A DNA stretch of 63,958 bases, counting the filler, from Octopus bimaculoides (taxonomy: Eukaryota): NCBI RefSeq assembly GCF_001194135.2. It is 10 parts of 10 records of this genome, joined end to end, with 100 filler letters (N's around TTAATTAATTAA, not from the genome) between each part and the next. Parts side by side here need not be neighbours in the genome. Positions count along the whole stretch, not along the records: positions 11,328 to 35,286 come from NC_068982.1; 9 more parts are not named here. One strand, written 5' to 3'. The translations under genes were made by a program, and so were the position numbers. This document shows, piece by piece, positions 11,746-24,169 of the stretch. The notes beneath the pieces are model-generated. The model saw only the letters and a program-made list of their open reading frames with translations. It ran no database searches and was not told the origin of the DNA. Positions within the stretch are counted from its first letter, which is position 1. Each line of letters opens with the position of its first letter.

Positions 11746-12767
11746 GGACTTCAATTTTACGGTGTCATCTACATATCAACACCTGTTGACAAGCAATGGT
11801 ATGGGACAAACATAAGTACAAACACTCATGCACACACGGGAGGTGTATAAGAAAGAAAGAGGTACCCAACGCATTTAGTAGGAGTTACATATATTATTTA
11901 AAACAGTTTGATGCGGTTCCATGCGACTTAAAGTTTCGTAGGTTCCTCACAGTAATCTAGCTCATCGGACTCAGACGGTGTAGACGACGGGCCTTTTCAG
12001 TTCCCGTCTAACAAATCCATTCACAAGGTTTTGGTCGATTCAAGGCTATAGTAGAAGATACTTGCCCTAGATTGCATTGCATTATAAAGGTGTTGATGCA
12101 ACAAGCAGGCAGAATCGTAAACGCGTCGGACAAAATGTTTAGCACCATTTCTTCTGGCTTTAAGTTAAAGATCAAACGTTGCCGAGGTCGACTTTGCCTA
12201 TCATTCTTTAGCGGTCGAACACTGGAGTCGATGTAATTGATTGAGGCTTTTAGGCTTCGTATTTATAACAGAAACAATAATGTCTATAGGTTTAGCGAGG
12301 GCAGGGACTGCTTCTTTTAAGGTATGCTCTTTTTCTGTGTGCGTATGTGCGAGCGCGTGTATCAGAGAGAGTAAGAAAGACTGTGTGTGTGTGTGTATGT
12401 GTGAATGTCTGTGAATGTGTGCATGTGTGTGTGCCTCTGTATGTGCTGCTGTGTGCCCCTGTGTGTACCTGTGTGTGTGTGTGCGCGCGCGCGCGTTAGC
12501 GACCCTATTTAAAAACCATTGAGATTCAGCTTAGTTTCCTCAAATTAGCTATACTCAACAACTGTCATTAAATGTTCGCCACTGCATGTACTCGTACATT
12601 TCTATGGAGTACATCTGTCAATTCCGTTGCAAAATTGTACGAGACAGCATCAAAAACTAATATCGGATGGATTATTTGCTTTATAATTGTACGCTGTCCT
12701 AGAAGCCATTTGAGACCACACCAATTTAATTTTAAGATATATGAAATAATTCCAACACACACACACA

Positions 12768-12798
<31 letters not shown>

Positions 12799-12913
12799 TT
12801 TAAATTAAATATAAGGATAAAATCTATATAAGAATTTATCAAGTAGCCTGAGTGAAAAACCAGCCAAGGGAAAAATTTATACAAAGTATATAATTATTCC
12901 CTTTAAATATAAA

Positions 12914-13241
12914 TACATTCTTAATATTAAGGGCCGTTACTACACGTAAATGCCTCACACTGTAAGGGACTCTTAAAGTCAAAACTACTTTAATAAATAT
13001 ACACAGTATCGAAAGCGGGGAAAGTAACTTGAAAGTGGCCTGATGAGTACAGAGTGCATTATGTACACTGACTATTGAATCATATGTGTTTGCGGCTAAA
13101 TCTGTTTTTAATTGGCGACTTCCTATTTACATTCCCCCGCTTTCGATACTGTGTATATTTATTAAAGTAGTTTTGACTTTCGGAGTCCCTTACAGTGTGA
13201 GGCATTTACGCATAGTAATACCCCTTAATATAATGAATGTA
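12914..13241. repeat. ~107-bp imperfect inverted repeat pair (12914-13020 / 13135-13241)
   Basis: CGTAAATGCCTCACACTGTAAGGGACTC..AAAGTCAAAACTACTTTAATAAATATACACAGTATCGAAAGCGGGG and its reverse complement are both present. Confidence 0.9.
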
Positions 13242-14981
13242 CATACATATGTATATATGAGTATGTCTAGATATACAAGTACACAAATACCCTGTTCGTG
13301 TTGTTGAAATTTCATTGAAGAAGCCTTGGATCTAGATTAGAAACCGGCTCTTTTTCTATTGGCAAGGAATCTTCAAATAAAACTTAATAATGACATACAT
13401 ACATACATTCATACATACACAAACATACATAAATATGCACATAATGAATGTCCGGTCGCTTCTATTGCTACTAGTAACATGTAAGTCAGTACAATCTGTT
13501 GCATAGTCGGGCCGCTGGTGACTAAACCGCAAATCCTAACAAGCCCTGTTGGTAAGGAGGATAGTTTATGTCGGTCAACCTGCAGGATGAAAAACAAAAC
13601 CTGTCAAAGGAGGGATGAACTCAGTAGAGCTGGGAGTGAGAGATACCCAGTCTTTGTTTGGACATCTCTCTGGCAGAAAGAAATACTGAAATAACACCTA
13701 CTTCATTGCAAACCCGGAAATTCTCCGCTTACTTGTTTCTGGATTGTTGACTTTGTAGATGAGTATCTTAACGGTGTTGTGCAAGCTGCTATCGGCTTTA
13801 AATTTCAGATTGGGCATTGCTGACAGCCATTGTCTTTAACGTTTAGGATAGGATCATTTGTCAGTGATGGTCATATTCATCTATGAGTCAACAGCCACTC
13901 TGCATGTATGTACGTACATATGTATCACCTTTTACACACACACACGCGCACATACATACATATACATACATAGATATATGTGTATATATGTATGTATATA
14001 TATGTGTGTGTAGAGAGATAGAGAGAGCAGTCAGAATATGGCTTAGCTGGCCGAAACTTCGGAATCACAGTCAACATTCTTGTTTAAGACTAATAAATGT
14101 GTATTCTACAAAAGTATTAAGTAATCATCAGATTAATATAAATCGTTAGCACGCCGGGCAAAATGCTTAGTGGCCTTTTGTATGTCTTTTCGTTCTGAGT
14201 TCAAATCCCGCTGAGGTTACCTTTACTTTTATCCTTTCGTACTTTTTTTGGCTTCTTTTACTCACTAATTATTGATTGGATACTTAATTAAACTTATAGT
14301 TATAATTACCATGATTAGTTAATTTTTTAGTTTGAATGACTGCTTCATTGACTAATATACTGATTGTTTATATCTTACATTTAAGTAGCTTGAATCAATA
14401 TTTAGCATTTCCAGCTCAGCAACTTGCGTTTCTTGACTACCACAATGGAAAAAAAATTGCAAATTCGCCAGTCACCGATTTTTGTTAATTTAATTTAATT
14501 TTATTTTATTTTATTTTATATGCATGATTTAATAAACTAACGCTTATTTACAACTTATTTAATATGTTGGCAATCTAACACTGCTTAAAGACCAACATCA
14601 AGTTGTACTCACGCACCACCTTTCTAGCATAAATCTATTTCTATTAATTTATTCTAATAATTTCCTCTACAAAGGTGGTGGGTGTCCTACCATGAGAGCA
14701 CGGCTCCACGTGCCGCAGGGTAGATGCATTCGCTCATTTTCTAATTTTAGTTACAATTTTCGATTTCATAATGAGATAATATAACATAAAAAGTGCTCTT
14801 GCAATTCATTCTTTTATTTATTTAGATTAATACTTATTCTTATTTTAATTCAATCATGGAACATGAAAAATAATTGAAAAATTATTTAATAACAGTATTA
14901 AATAAAATTAAGAACTTTTAATCAGGTAAAATTATAGATAATTAATTGTCACTATTTATTAATTGCATTGGCTGGAAAAAA

Positions 14982-15937
14982 GTAGATTACAATGAAAAAT
15001 GCGATGCGGAGATATGGCGGTTAATATTCTTTAGTTATTAAACCTGGAAAGGTACAGCACAAGCATATTTATACTTAATATACTGCAGCTATAGTTAAAA
15101 TTTTAAAATATATTTAGATTAAAAAACTAAAAATAATAGCTTTTATTAGCTACTCTATAATTAAAAAATTAACTCAAATAATAAATTTAAGGCTAACTGT
15201 TAGCAAGAAGTGAAAAAAAAAACTTTTCAATTGCAAGTTTTCAAATACTTCCATATCTGTACGGCGTGGATATATTCAGGGATTTACCTCCCCCGACATT
15301 TCATACCATATGAGCTATGTAGCCCCTCGCCAAGAAGAATCTTTTATATGGTATACTACCCCGCACCTCAGACAAAAAATTTAACTAGGAAGGGTACCCC
15401 GTTCCAGAAAATATCACTGTACTTTCCCCTAAACCTCAACTCTATCATAAAGGCATCAACTAAACTTACCTTTTTTGAAATTTGCAGAAGGCCAGCCTTG
15501 TGGTATCTTTATCAATGAATTATAGTGTGCCAATTTTTTTATCAAAAAGATGAGCAAAACAGGAATTTCAATTGAATACTACTTAAGAACTTTTAGTAGT
15601 TCTTAAAATCTTGTAATTGAAAACATTTTTAATGGGGGCCATTGAAAATTTTTTTTTGTAACAGTTAGCCTTAAATTTATTATTTGAGTTATGTTTTTTA
15701 ATAATAAAGTAGCTAATAAAAGCTATTATTTTTAGTTTTTAAATCTAAATATATTTTAAAATTTGAACTATAGCTGCAATATTTTAAGTATAAATATGTT
15801 TGTCCTGTACTTTTGCAGGTGTAATAACTTGTGCTGCACTTTTCCAGATGTAATAACTTTTCCTATACTTTTCCAGATTTGGTAACTTAAGAATATTAAC
15901 CTCCATGTGTCCGCATTGTTCATTGTAATATATCTAC
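14982..15937. mobile_element. AT-rich foldback/MITE-like element with ~230-290 bp imperfect terminal inverted arms
   Basis: ~15085-15200 (CAGCTATAGTT...AAGGCTAACTGTTA) is the near reverse complement of ~15658-15777. The outer portions GTAGAT..TACAATGAA..GGTTAATATTCTT also mirror each other. No TSD was identified. Confidence 0.8.
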
Positions 15938-16237
15938 TACGTAGGTTACACATATTATTACATCATACTTTGATATTGAATGAACTGAGAACCTCGTTGA
16001 CAGACTGCTGATATTAAATAAAGTTTAAACGCATACGTTACGCAAATTAGTAGCTTAGTTCTCTATAGCTACCGAATGTCTTGAGTCTATCAACAGGCTG
16101 CTTATTTCTCTGGGATTGGTCAAGATAATGTAGGCGTCTCTGATGAGAACCTCATAAAGTTTAAAAATCAGTTAAGGCTACTCATCATTTTTCCAATCTG
16201 CATCATATCTATCTATCTGCCTATCTATCTATATATG

Positions 16238-16296
<59 letters not shown>

Positions 16297-16788
16297 ATAT
16301 ATATATATACATGTCCTAATGATTTATTGTGTGGTGTGTGCGTTCAACTGTCAGAGACATATGATCTAGGATTCCTAAAGCAAACCCCTCTGATGCCAAA
16401 GGAAGTCTTATTTATTATTTAATCTTATGCTTCATAAACTCCATTGACATAATCATTTCATTTATTACTTTTCGGTATGACCTAATTCTATTGTCAATGA
16501 GCTTAGCGCGACACAGGTATCTTAGATTATGGTGTACGCATATCTATGTGTATAAAAATTATAGTGAGTGTAAATCTATATGTGTGTGCTTATGTGTGTA
16601 TATGTAAATATACATATGCACACAGATATATACGTATGCATATATATATATATATATACACACACATGCATAGGTATTTATGTTTGTGCAGTGAAAGCGT
16701 ACGAGAGCGAGAGAGAGGGGGGGGCTGAAACAGACAAACAGACAGACAGAGAAGAAAAGTTTATCTTTAAGCATGTATTATTGAAAAG

Positions 16789-17228
16789 CAGTGAATTGAA
16801 AGACGTTAGCACACCGGATATAATGCTTGGCGATATTTCGTCCGTCTTCACGTTTTGAGTTCAAATTCTACCGAAGTCAACTTTTACCTTCATCGTTTCA
16901 GGGTCGATAAAATATGTATTAGCCAAGTACTGAGGCTGAAGTAATTGATACCCCCTCCCCTCCAAAATTTATGGCCCTGTATCAAAATTTGAAAATGGTA
17001 TTGGTTGTGCCAAACGGCAGCAACCTGGTAGAATCGTCAGCACGCGGGACAAAATGCTCAGCGGCATTTCGACCGTCTTTATGTTCTGGGTTCAAATTAG
17101 GTTGAGGTTGGCTTTATCTTTCATCCTTTCGGGGTCGATAAATAAGTACCAGTTGAGCACTGAGATCGATGTAATCCACTAACACCTCACCACAAAATTT
17201 CAGGCTTTGTGTCTATAGCAGAAAGATC
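16789..17228 (+). mobile_element. Two tandem SINE family B copies (~16789-16997 and ~17012-17228)
   Basis: Both show the head ...CGTTAGCAC.C.GG...AAATGCT, then TTCAAATT, then the central CATCCTTTCGGGGTCGATAAA domain. Confidence 0.85.
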
Positions 17229-18007
17229 TTGCTGATGTTTTATTTATGAGCACTACTTTGCCAGGGTCCTTCGATATTTCAAAATTGACGCAATTTACGA
17301 ATTAGAGGAAAGGCAAAACTAGAACCCGGAAAAAGTAATTGTAATAAAAGGAATGCAAATAGCAACATGCTACATTAATTCATTAGAAATAAAGAAAGTT
17401 TGCATGTCTTCGATGTAAGTAGAAAATTTATTTCAGAGGCAAACTGTGGATCGCAAGGCCTTCTGAATTGCTTTCCCCACTTTGAATTTTTATAGTAGTG
17501 CAGCCCGCATAATGATGAGTCCTATCTTATGCAGCCCGATTCTCGAAAAAGGTTATCTATGCCTGATCTAGAACAAGACGCCAATGTAATACATAGCGTA
17601 AAGCTAAATATCGGAAACTTCATCTGTTTCTAAAATGGGCATTTGATTCCCTAAACGACCACCATCATTACCAAGTCGAATCGACGTGACTCAAGATGAG
17701 AAAAGACCGATCATTTGAAATGTCACTTCGTCATGTAAGCTTTATTAGTATCAAAATATAACACAAGTGCTCCACAAAATCATTTAGAAACGACAGTGAA
17801 AATAATTTCTTCATTCCTGTCAACGTCAAAAACTTTAAAATACAGCAATAAGTACCAGATACAACTATTTATTAAGAAAATGATTTTAACTAGGAGACCG
17901 GAAAACTTTAGAAACGATGTTCGATTGTTGGAATATATATATTTTTCTAACTTAGAAATACACAAAGCTAATAAAGAATTATGAAAACGAAATGCTGATA
18001 TATATAA

Positions 18008-18285
18008 AGACCCCCTTTAGTCATGAAGGACCCTGGGATTGCACCTAGAAAGTTCCCCACCGAGGCACAAGTCCGGGCAAGGTTGTTTAGGTAAAACCAG
18101 CGATCATCCATGCACACCAGCCTTCCCTCTCCATGCAAAGGCTAATACAGCTTGGCACTAGTGACGTCGCAACTCATTTTGAACTGGAGCAATGTGAAAT
18201 AAAGTGTCTTGCTCAAGAACACAACACACAACCCAATCCGAGAATCGGACTCACTACCTCATGATTGCGTCCAACGCTCCTGAAT
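18008..18285 (-). mobile_element. SINE family E copy (tRNA-like head at the right end)
   Basis: Contains GAACTGGAGCAATGTGAAATAAAGTGTCTTGCTCAAGAACACAACAC and GAATCGGACTCACTACCTC, the reverse complement of a B-box-like head. Confidence 0.7.
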
Positions 18286-18486
18286 GGCACATAGGGTGAG
18301 TTGTCTCACCTGTCTATGGCAATGACTTCCAAGTGTCTCAACACTCAGCGCTTTGAAAGGGACACTGTGTCGAATCGCAGCCGACCAACCGGCGAACATG
18401 CAAAACACATACATTGTGTATGTGTGTTCGATATTGTTTACAACACTCGAGCTGCTTCTAATTCATATTTTAATATATATATATAT

Positions 18487-18876
18487 TCTTTTATTCTTTT
18501 ACTTGCTTCAGACATTTGACTGCAATCATACTGGAGCACCTCCTTAAGTCGAAGAAATCGACCCAGGACTTATTCTTTGTAAGCCTAGTATACATTTTAT
18601 CGGGCTCTTTTTCCGAACCGCTAAGTTTTGGGGACGTAAACACACCACCATCGGTTGTCAAGTGATGGGTTAGGTAGAAACACAGACACACACACACATA
18701 AACATATACATATATATACGATGTGCTTCTTTCATTTTCCGTCTACCAAATCCATTCACATGGCTTTGGTCGGCCCGAGGCTATAGCAGATGAAACTTAC
18801 CCAAAGTGTCACGCAGTGGGACTGAACCCTGAACCATGTAGTTGGGAAGCAAGCTTCTTACCACACAGTCACGCCT
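18487..18876 (-). mobile_element. SINE family A, full-length, with internal microsatellite
   Basis: Reverse complement of the consensus seen at 55321-55878 and 48371-48614. Confidence 0.9.
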
Positions 18877-19109
18877 AAAACTTATAAGCGATCACCTGCA
18901 TTGACTAAGGTAAATAGTCTAATATTGGGTCATTTACTTTAGTCAAAGAACGGTGATCGTTTATAAGCTTTAAGCTTTTGAAATATTATTATCATTATTT
19001 ACAGAAATGTAAAATTCGGCACCGCTTACCAAATAATCGCATCTCCCTGTGCCTGTGAAATCTTGTATCCGGCTGTAAGGCTTTATTTCCATATACGCCA
19101 TTTTAATTC

Positions 19110-19432
19110 TATTCGTCCTTAGTCGAAAGACATCTGTTGGTTTGTCCTGTTATTATTCTTACTGTATTTGTACTACTGTATTTGTGTAACATTGTTCGTT
19201 TTTATTCTGTCCTTGTTTTTGTATACATTTGCTGCTTTCTTCCAAGGAATCTAATGCTCTTAGCTTAGTTTTTCCTTGGGGCTGGCCAGATTGGAGCAAT
19301 ATCGAGAATAACCAGCCGAAATTGCAAAGATAATCTGGATCTCGACTGAAGAGAGAAAACTGCGAATGACCTGTCCGTGTTTTCTTTGTATCGTCTATCT
19401 GGATGTTTTGTCCCTTTCTTGTATCACCTAAA
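19110..19432. mobile_element. Probable PLE-type terminal repeat fragment adjacent to a large gap
   Basis: Same general architecture as the 8340-8640 unit (GAAA...CTGAAGAG motif within T-rich sequence). There is no ORF support. Confidence 0.3.
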
Positions 19433-20194
19433 NNNNNNNNNNNNNNNNNNNNNNNNNNNNNNNNNNNNNNNNNNNNNNNNNNNNNNNNNNNNNNNNNNNN
19501 NNNNNNNNNNNNNNNNNNNNNNNNNNNNNNNNNNNNNNNNNNNNNNNNNNNNNNNNNNNNNNNNNNNNNNNNNNNNNNNNNNNNNNNNNNNNNNNNNNNN
19601 NNNNNNNNNNNNNNNNNNNNNNNNNNNNNNNNNNNNNNNNNNNNNNNNNNNNNNNNNNNNNNNNNNNNNNNNNNNNNNNNNNNNNNNNNNNNNNNNNNNN
19701 NNNNNNNNNNNNNNNNNNNNNNNNNNNNNNNNNNNNNNNNNNNNNNNNNNNNNNNNNNNNNNNNNNNNNNNNNNNNNNNNNNNNNNNNNNNNNNNNNNNN
19801 NNNNNNNNNNNNNNNNNNNNNNNNNNNNNNNNNNNNNNNNNNNNNNNNNNNNNNNNNNNNNNNNNNNNNNNNNNNNNNNNNNNNNNNNNNNNNNNNNNNN
19901 NNNNNNNNNNNNNNNNNNNNNNNNNNNNNNNNNNNNNNNNNNNNNNNNNNNNNNNNNNNNNNNNNNNNNNNNNNNNNNNNNNNNNNNNNNNNNNNNNNNN
20001 NNNNNNNNNNNNNNNNNNNNNNNNNNNNNNNNNNNNNNNNNNNNNNNNNNNNNNNNNNNNNNTTGCGCAAGTGTCTTTTACTTTAGCCTGGTGTTAACCA
20101 ATTCCTTGTGAGTAGATTTAGTACACGGAAACTATAGAAATACGTAATGTGTGTGTGTGTGTGTGTGTGAATGTGTCTTCGAGTTTGAGTTTAT

Positions 20195-20407
20195 ATCATC
20201 CATGCACACCAGCCTTCCCTCTCCATGCAAAGGCTAATACAGCTTGGCACTAGTGACGTCGCAACTCATTTTGAACTGGAGCAATGTGAAATAAAGTGTC
20301 TTGCTCAAGAACACAACACACAACCCAATCCGAGAATCGGACTCACTACCTCATGATTGCGTCCAACGCTCCTGAATGGCACATAGGGTGAGTTGTCTCA
20401 CCTGTCT
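20195..20407 (+). repeat. Exact 213-bp copy of 18103-18315
   Basis: Base-for-base identical by inspection, including the sequence running past the SINE E head. Confidence 0.9.
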
Positions 20408-20707
20408 TTCACTACTTGTCACTGGCGTATCAACCAGCGTTGATTTGTTAACGTCCCCGTAACAAGGAGGGTTGGCAAAACAGACAGATAGAAAGTACTA
20501 AGGTCGATTTGTTCAACTAAAGTCTTCAAGGCGGTACCCCTGCATGGCCGAAGTCCGATGAATGAAATAAGTAAAGGATTACGACACATTATTTTCATCG
20601 ATTTTTCTTGAAATATCGAACTATCTCTGGAGGGTGCTCAACGTTCAAAATGAGTCTGGAATCAGGAATTGCTGTCTTTTTTCTAAGTATTAATATTACA
20701 CAACACT

Positions 20708-20933
20708 AAGGCGGTGAGCTGGCAGAATCATTAGCCTTCCAGGAAAATTGCTTTGCGGCATTTCGTCCGTCTTTACGTTCTGAGTTCAAATTATGACGAG
20801 GTCGACTTTGCTTTTCTTCCTTTGAGGGACGTTGAAATAAGTACCTGTTGAACACTGGAATCCATGTAATCGACTTGGCTCCGCCCCCCGAGATTGATGG
20901 ATGACCTTATACTAAAATTTGAAGCCAATATTA
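20708..20933 (+). mobile_element. SINE family B copy
   Basis: AAGGCGGTGAGCTGGCAGAATCATTAGC...TTCTGAGTTCAAATT...GAGGTCGACTTTGC. Confidence 0.85.
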
Positions 20934-22018
20934 TTTTCCTGTTTAAGCCCACTGATAATCATTTTACTCTATTGATACCCATGGATTGAAATAGAAAATT
21001 GCCCCATCGCAGGTTTGTTGTTCAAGAGAAACGAAAGTAATTATGGTAATTTAATTCTATCCTCTACAATTACGGCACCAACACATTGCAGTTAGTGCTG
21101 CTCCATAGTAACTTCAAGTTACCAAATTCTGACCGAAGAATCAACCGTTTTGTCATCAAAACTGTAACGTGTTCAGTTTCTGAAACATATCGGATATAAA
21201 ACTCTGCTCCCTTTTTATTATTTCCCTCCTGTCATCTTGACCCTCACGAAGGATTTTCGAAACTTTAGATTATCCACTCCCCTCGGCAATTTCACCATAT
21301 TCCTTCTGTCGCTTTTTTTTTTTCTTTCAAAATACTTAATTCTTAAACTACCCAGATAAACCATGCTACCACTAATAAAAACCGAGTGTGGGGGACCACT
21401 GAATATACTTAGATTATTCGTTAGTTTGCAATTCTAAATTCAAATTTATCGTGGTTATAATATGATTTGTCTAAGAAAGATACACTATAGGAAGACAACA
21501 TTTCAACTGGGGACAATACTTTATGGGACATAACATAACCAATATTGACTCTGGCACCTTTTAACATTTTATTGTGTGTGCATGCTCCCAACTACTGACA
21601 TTTATGCACACATGCAGTCTGTAATCTGAGAGAAGAAGGCTTAAATGATGCCATAACTTGCCTAAGGTAATTCGAAAAGCTAGTGAGAGGAAGGTGGTTA
21701 CTCGCATTTTCCTATTTTGGCTGGCGTCTTACTTCTCCATAGTCTTCTTTATATTTGTATTATTTTTTTTCTCTTTATCTCCCTAATTTTTTTCTCAGTT
21801 TTACTTTTTTTTTACTTTTTAGCGGGAAACGTTGACATCGAAACAAACGAAAACTTTCTCAATTTCTTTCTTTCCTTTTTTTTTTCTTTCTTTCTGTCTG
21901 TCTGTCTGTCTGTAGCTCCCTGATCATTCTACCTCCTCTCATCTATCTCCATGTTTGTCTGATATATGTATATCTAACTATCTGTCTTTGTCTTGTCTGT
22001 CTCATCTTCCTTTCATAT

Positions 22019-22065
<47 letters not shown>

Positions 22066-22900
22066 CTCTTTTTTTCTCTTACTCTCTTACGTACCCACTC
22101 TCTTTTGTAAAACCTACCCCGTTACCACTTGCTTGCTTTCCAACCCATACCTAACTAACTTGACACATCGTGGGAAACAGGGCAGATAACCTTATTTTGT
22201 ACTAATCGTTTTGGTTGTTGTTATGATTGCAGTGTTTGCTATTATTACTTGCTGTTTCTGTTACTGCTGCTGCAGCTGCTGTCGGTGCTATTGCAGAAAT
22301 TTCTGACACCATGTCACAGCAGCTTCTACTGCTGCTTCTACTCCTGCTGCTGCTGATACCGATGCTAACAGTACAATTGCTAATATTGTCATATTTACGA
22401 GGGCTTGCCGCTAGTTCAACTATCGCTGTTAAATTTTATAGCAACTGTTTCCTATTCTTTTTTTTTTTTTAAATAAAAGTTCTTTTATTGTATTCTTGCT
22501 TTAAAGTCGACAACCAATTATAACGCCCGAACTTTTTTTGTATTAAATTTATTTCTACTTGCAGGCATGCATGCATGCATAGTTGCATACATATATACTT
22601 TACGTACTCATAAATTTACTTGTAAATACAGACTCAAGAATAACATACATACACACATGTGTGTGTATGCGCATAAAGAGAGATAGAACAGGAGGAGGCG
22701 GGTATTAACATGTCAGTATAAGGATTTCTCTCGGTTTATGGGTTCCCAAGGGGGTCTACATGTGTTTTAGAGGAAGACCGATATACAGAGCAAGGGGAGA
22801 GAGGATAATTATTTGTGTATGTGCAACTGTGTTTAGAAATACAAAAGTATGAATAACTCTTCCTTTCTGCATATAAAATGCATGTCTGTGAGTTTGCACA

Positions 22901-23232
22901 AGCGTGGCTGTGGGGGTAAGAAGTTTGCTTCTCAACCACATGGTTCCGGGTTCACTTCTGGGCTAATGTTTTCTACAATAGCCTTGGGCCGAACAAAGCC
23001 TTGTGAGTGGACTGGGATAGACAGAAAACTGAGACAAGACCATCTTATGTGTGTGTGTGTGTGTTACCCCCTTCCTCTTGACAACCGATGTTGGTGTGTT
23101 TACGCTCGGCAAAAGAGACCAATAGAAGAAGTATTAAGCTTTAAAAAATAAGTATTGGGGTTAATTCATTCGGCTAAAAGTTCTTCCAGGCGGTGCCCCA
23201 GCATATCTACAGTCAAAAGACTAAGACAAGTA
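22901..23232 (+). mobile_element. SINE family A copy
   Basis: Head GCGTGGCTGTG.GGTAAG...GGTTCCGGGTTCA, then AAAGCCTTGTGAGTGGA, an internal (TG)n, and CTTGACAACCGATG.TGGTGTGTTTACG. Confidence 0.85.
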
Positions 23233-23237
23233 GATTT

Positions 23238-23282
<45 letters not shown>

Positions 23283-24017
23283 TGTATATGTGTATATGTA
23301 TATATTTATGTGTATGTGTATATATATTAATGCGTGTCTATGTGTTTGTATACGTTTGTATTTTTTTTTTGTAGGTATATGTTTATATTTACACGTCACA
23401 TATTTGAGTGTGTGTACGCGTGTGTGCGTATGAATATAAATGCGTTACATTTTATAGGACTTTCTATTTCTGTGAACATGTTTGTTTGATGAATTCTGTG
23501 AAGATATCTGTTTGATGAGTTCTGTGAGCATATCTGTTTGATGAGTTTGTTATTTACATCCTTCCTGATGAGATTGATGCATTGCTGACCATAATTTATC
23601 CTGTCGAACATTTTGGAGTGCATTCGTCGAAACATATGTAGAAGAATTCAAGATATAAATGGTTTAACAACAACCTTTGAGTTCGTCTCCTTGTTCAATT
23701 TTCCTATATGTATATATATACATATATATGTAAGTACGAAGATGTATACGCACAAGCATAATCGTTGGCGTGGCTGTGTGGTAAGTGTGGTAAGAAGTTC
23801 GGTTTCAACCACATGGTTTCGGGTTCACTCTCACTGTGCACCTTGGGCAAGCCGCTTTTACTACATCAACTAAAACTTGTGAGTGGATTTGGTAAGAAGT
23901 CCGTTATATAATTATGTATATATGGTTCAGATATACAGATAGCAAAAGACAGAGGCAGGTGAGGGCGGGTGAGGGAACAAGCAGGTACATGCATGTATAT
24001 ATATATATATATATATA

Positions 24018-24160
24018 TCAGGTTGAGTAAAAAAAGTAAGCAACGTTCTGAACCATGAAGAATTTGTACCGTATTTTTGCAGAGTTTTGAATTTTTTTAA
24101 AACATCTTTTTGCAGTTGTCTGATAATACAGACACATTTGCCCAAATGCATCAATAAGTG
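24018..24160. mobile_element. Mariner-type terminus (TIR TCAGGTTGAGTAAAAAAAGTAAGCAACGTT after TA)
   Basis: Matches the reverse complement of the mariner end at 28805-28830. The minus strand gives LLMHLGKCV, resembling the mariner C-terminal L..RW.KC motif. Confidence 0.65.
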
Positions 24161-24169
24161 ATATTTTTT

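Noticed and set aside
19346-19376. Hammerhead-like CTGAAGA...CGAA motif (similar partial motifs at ~16140 and ~5665)
   Set aside because: GAAA is not intact, and stem I or stem II does not pair convincingly.
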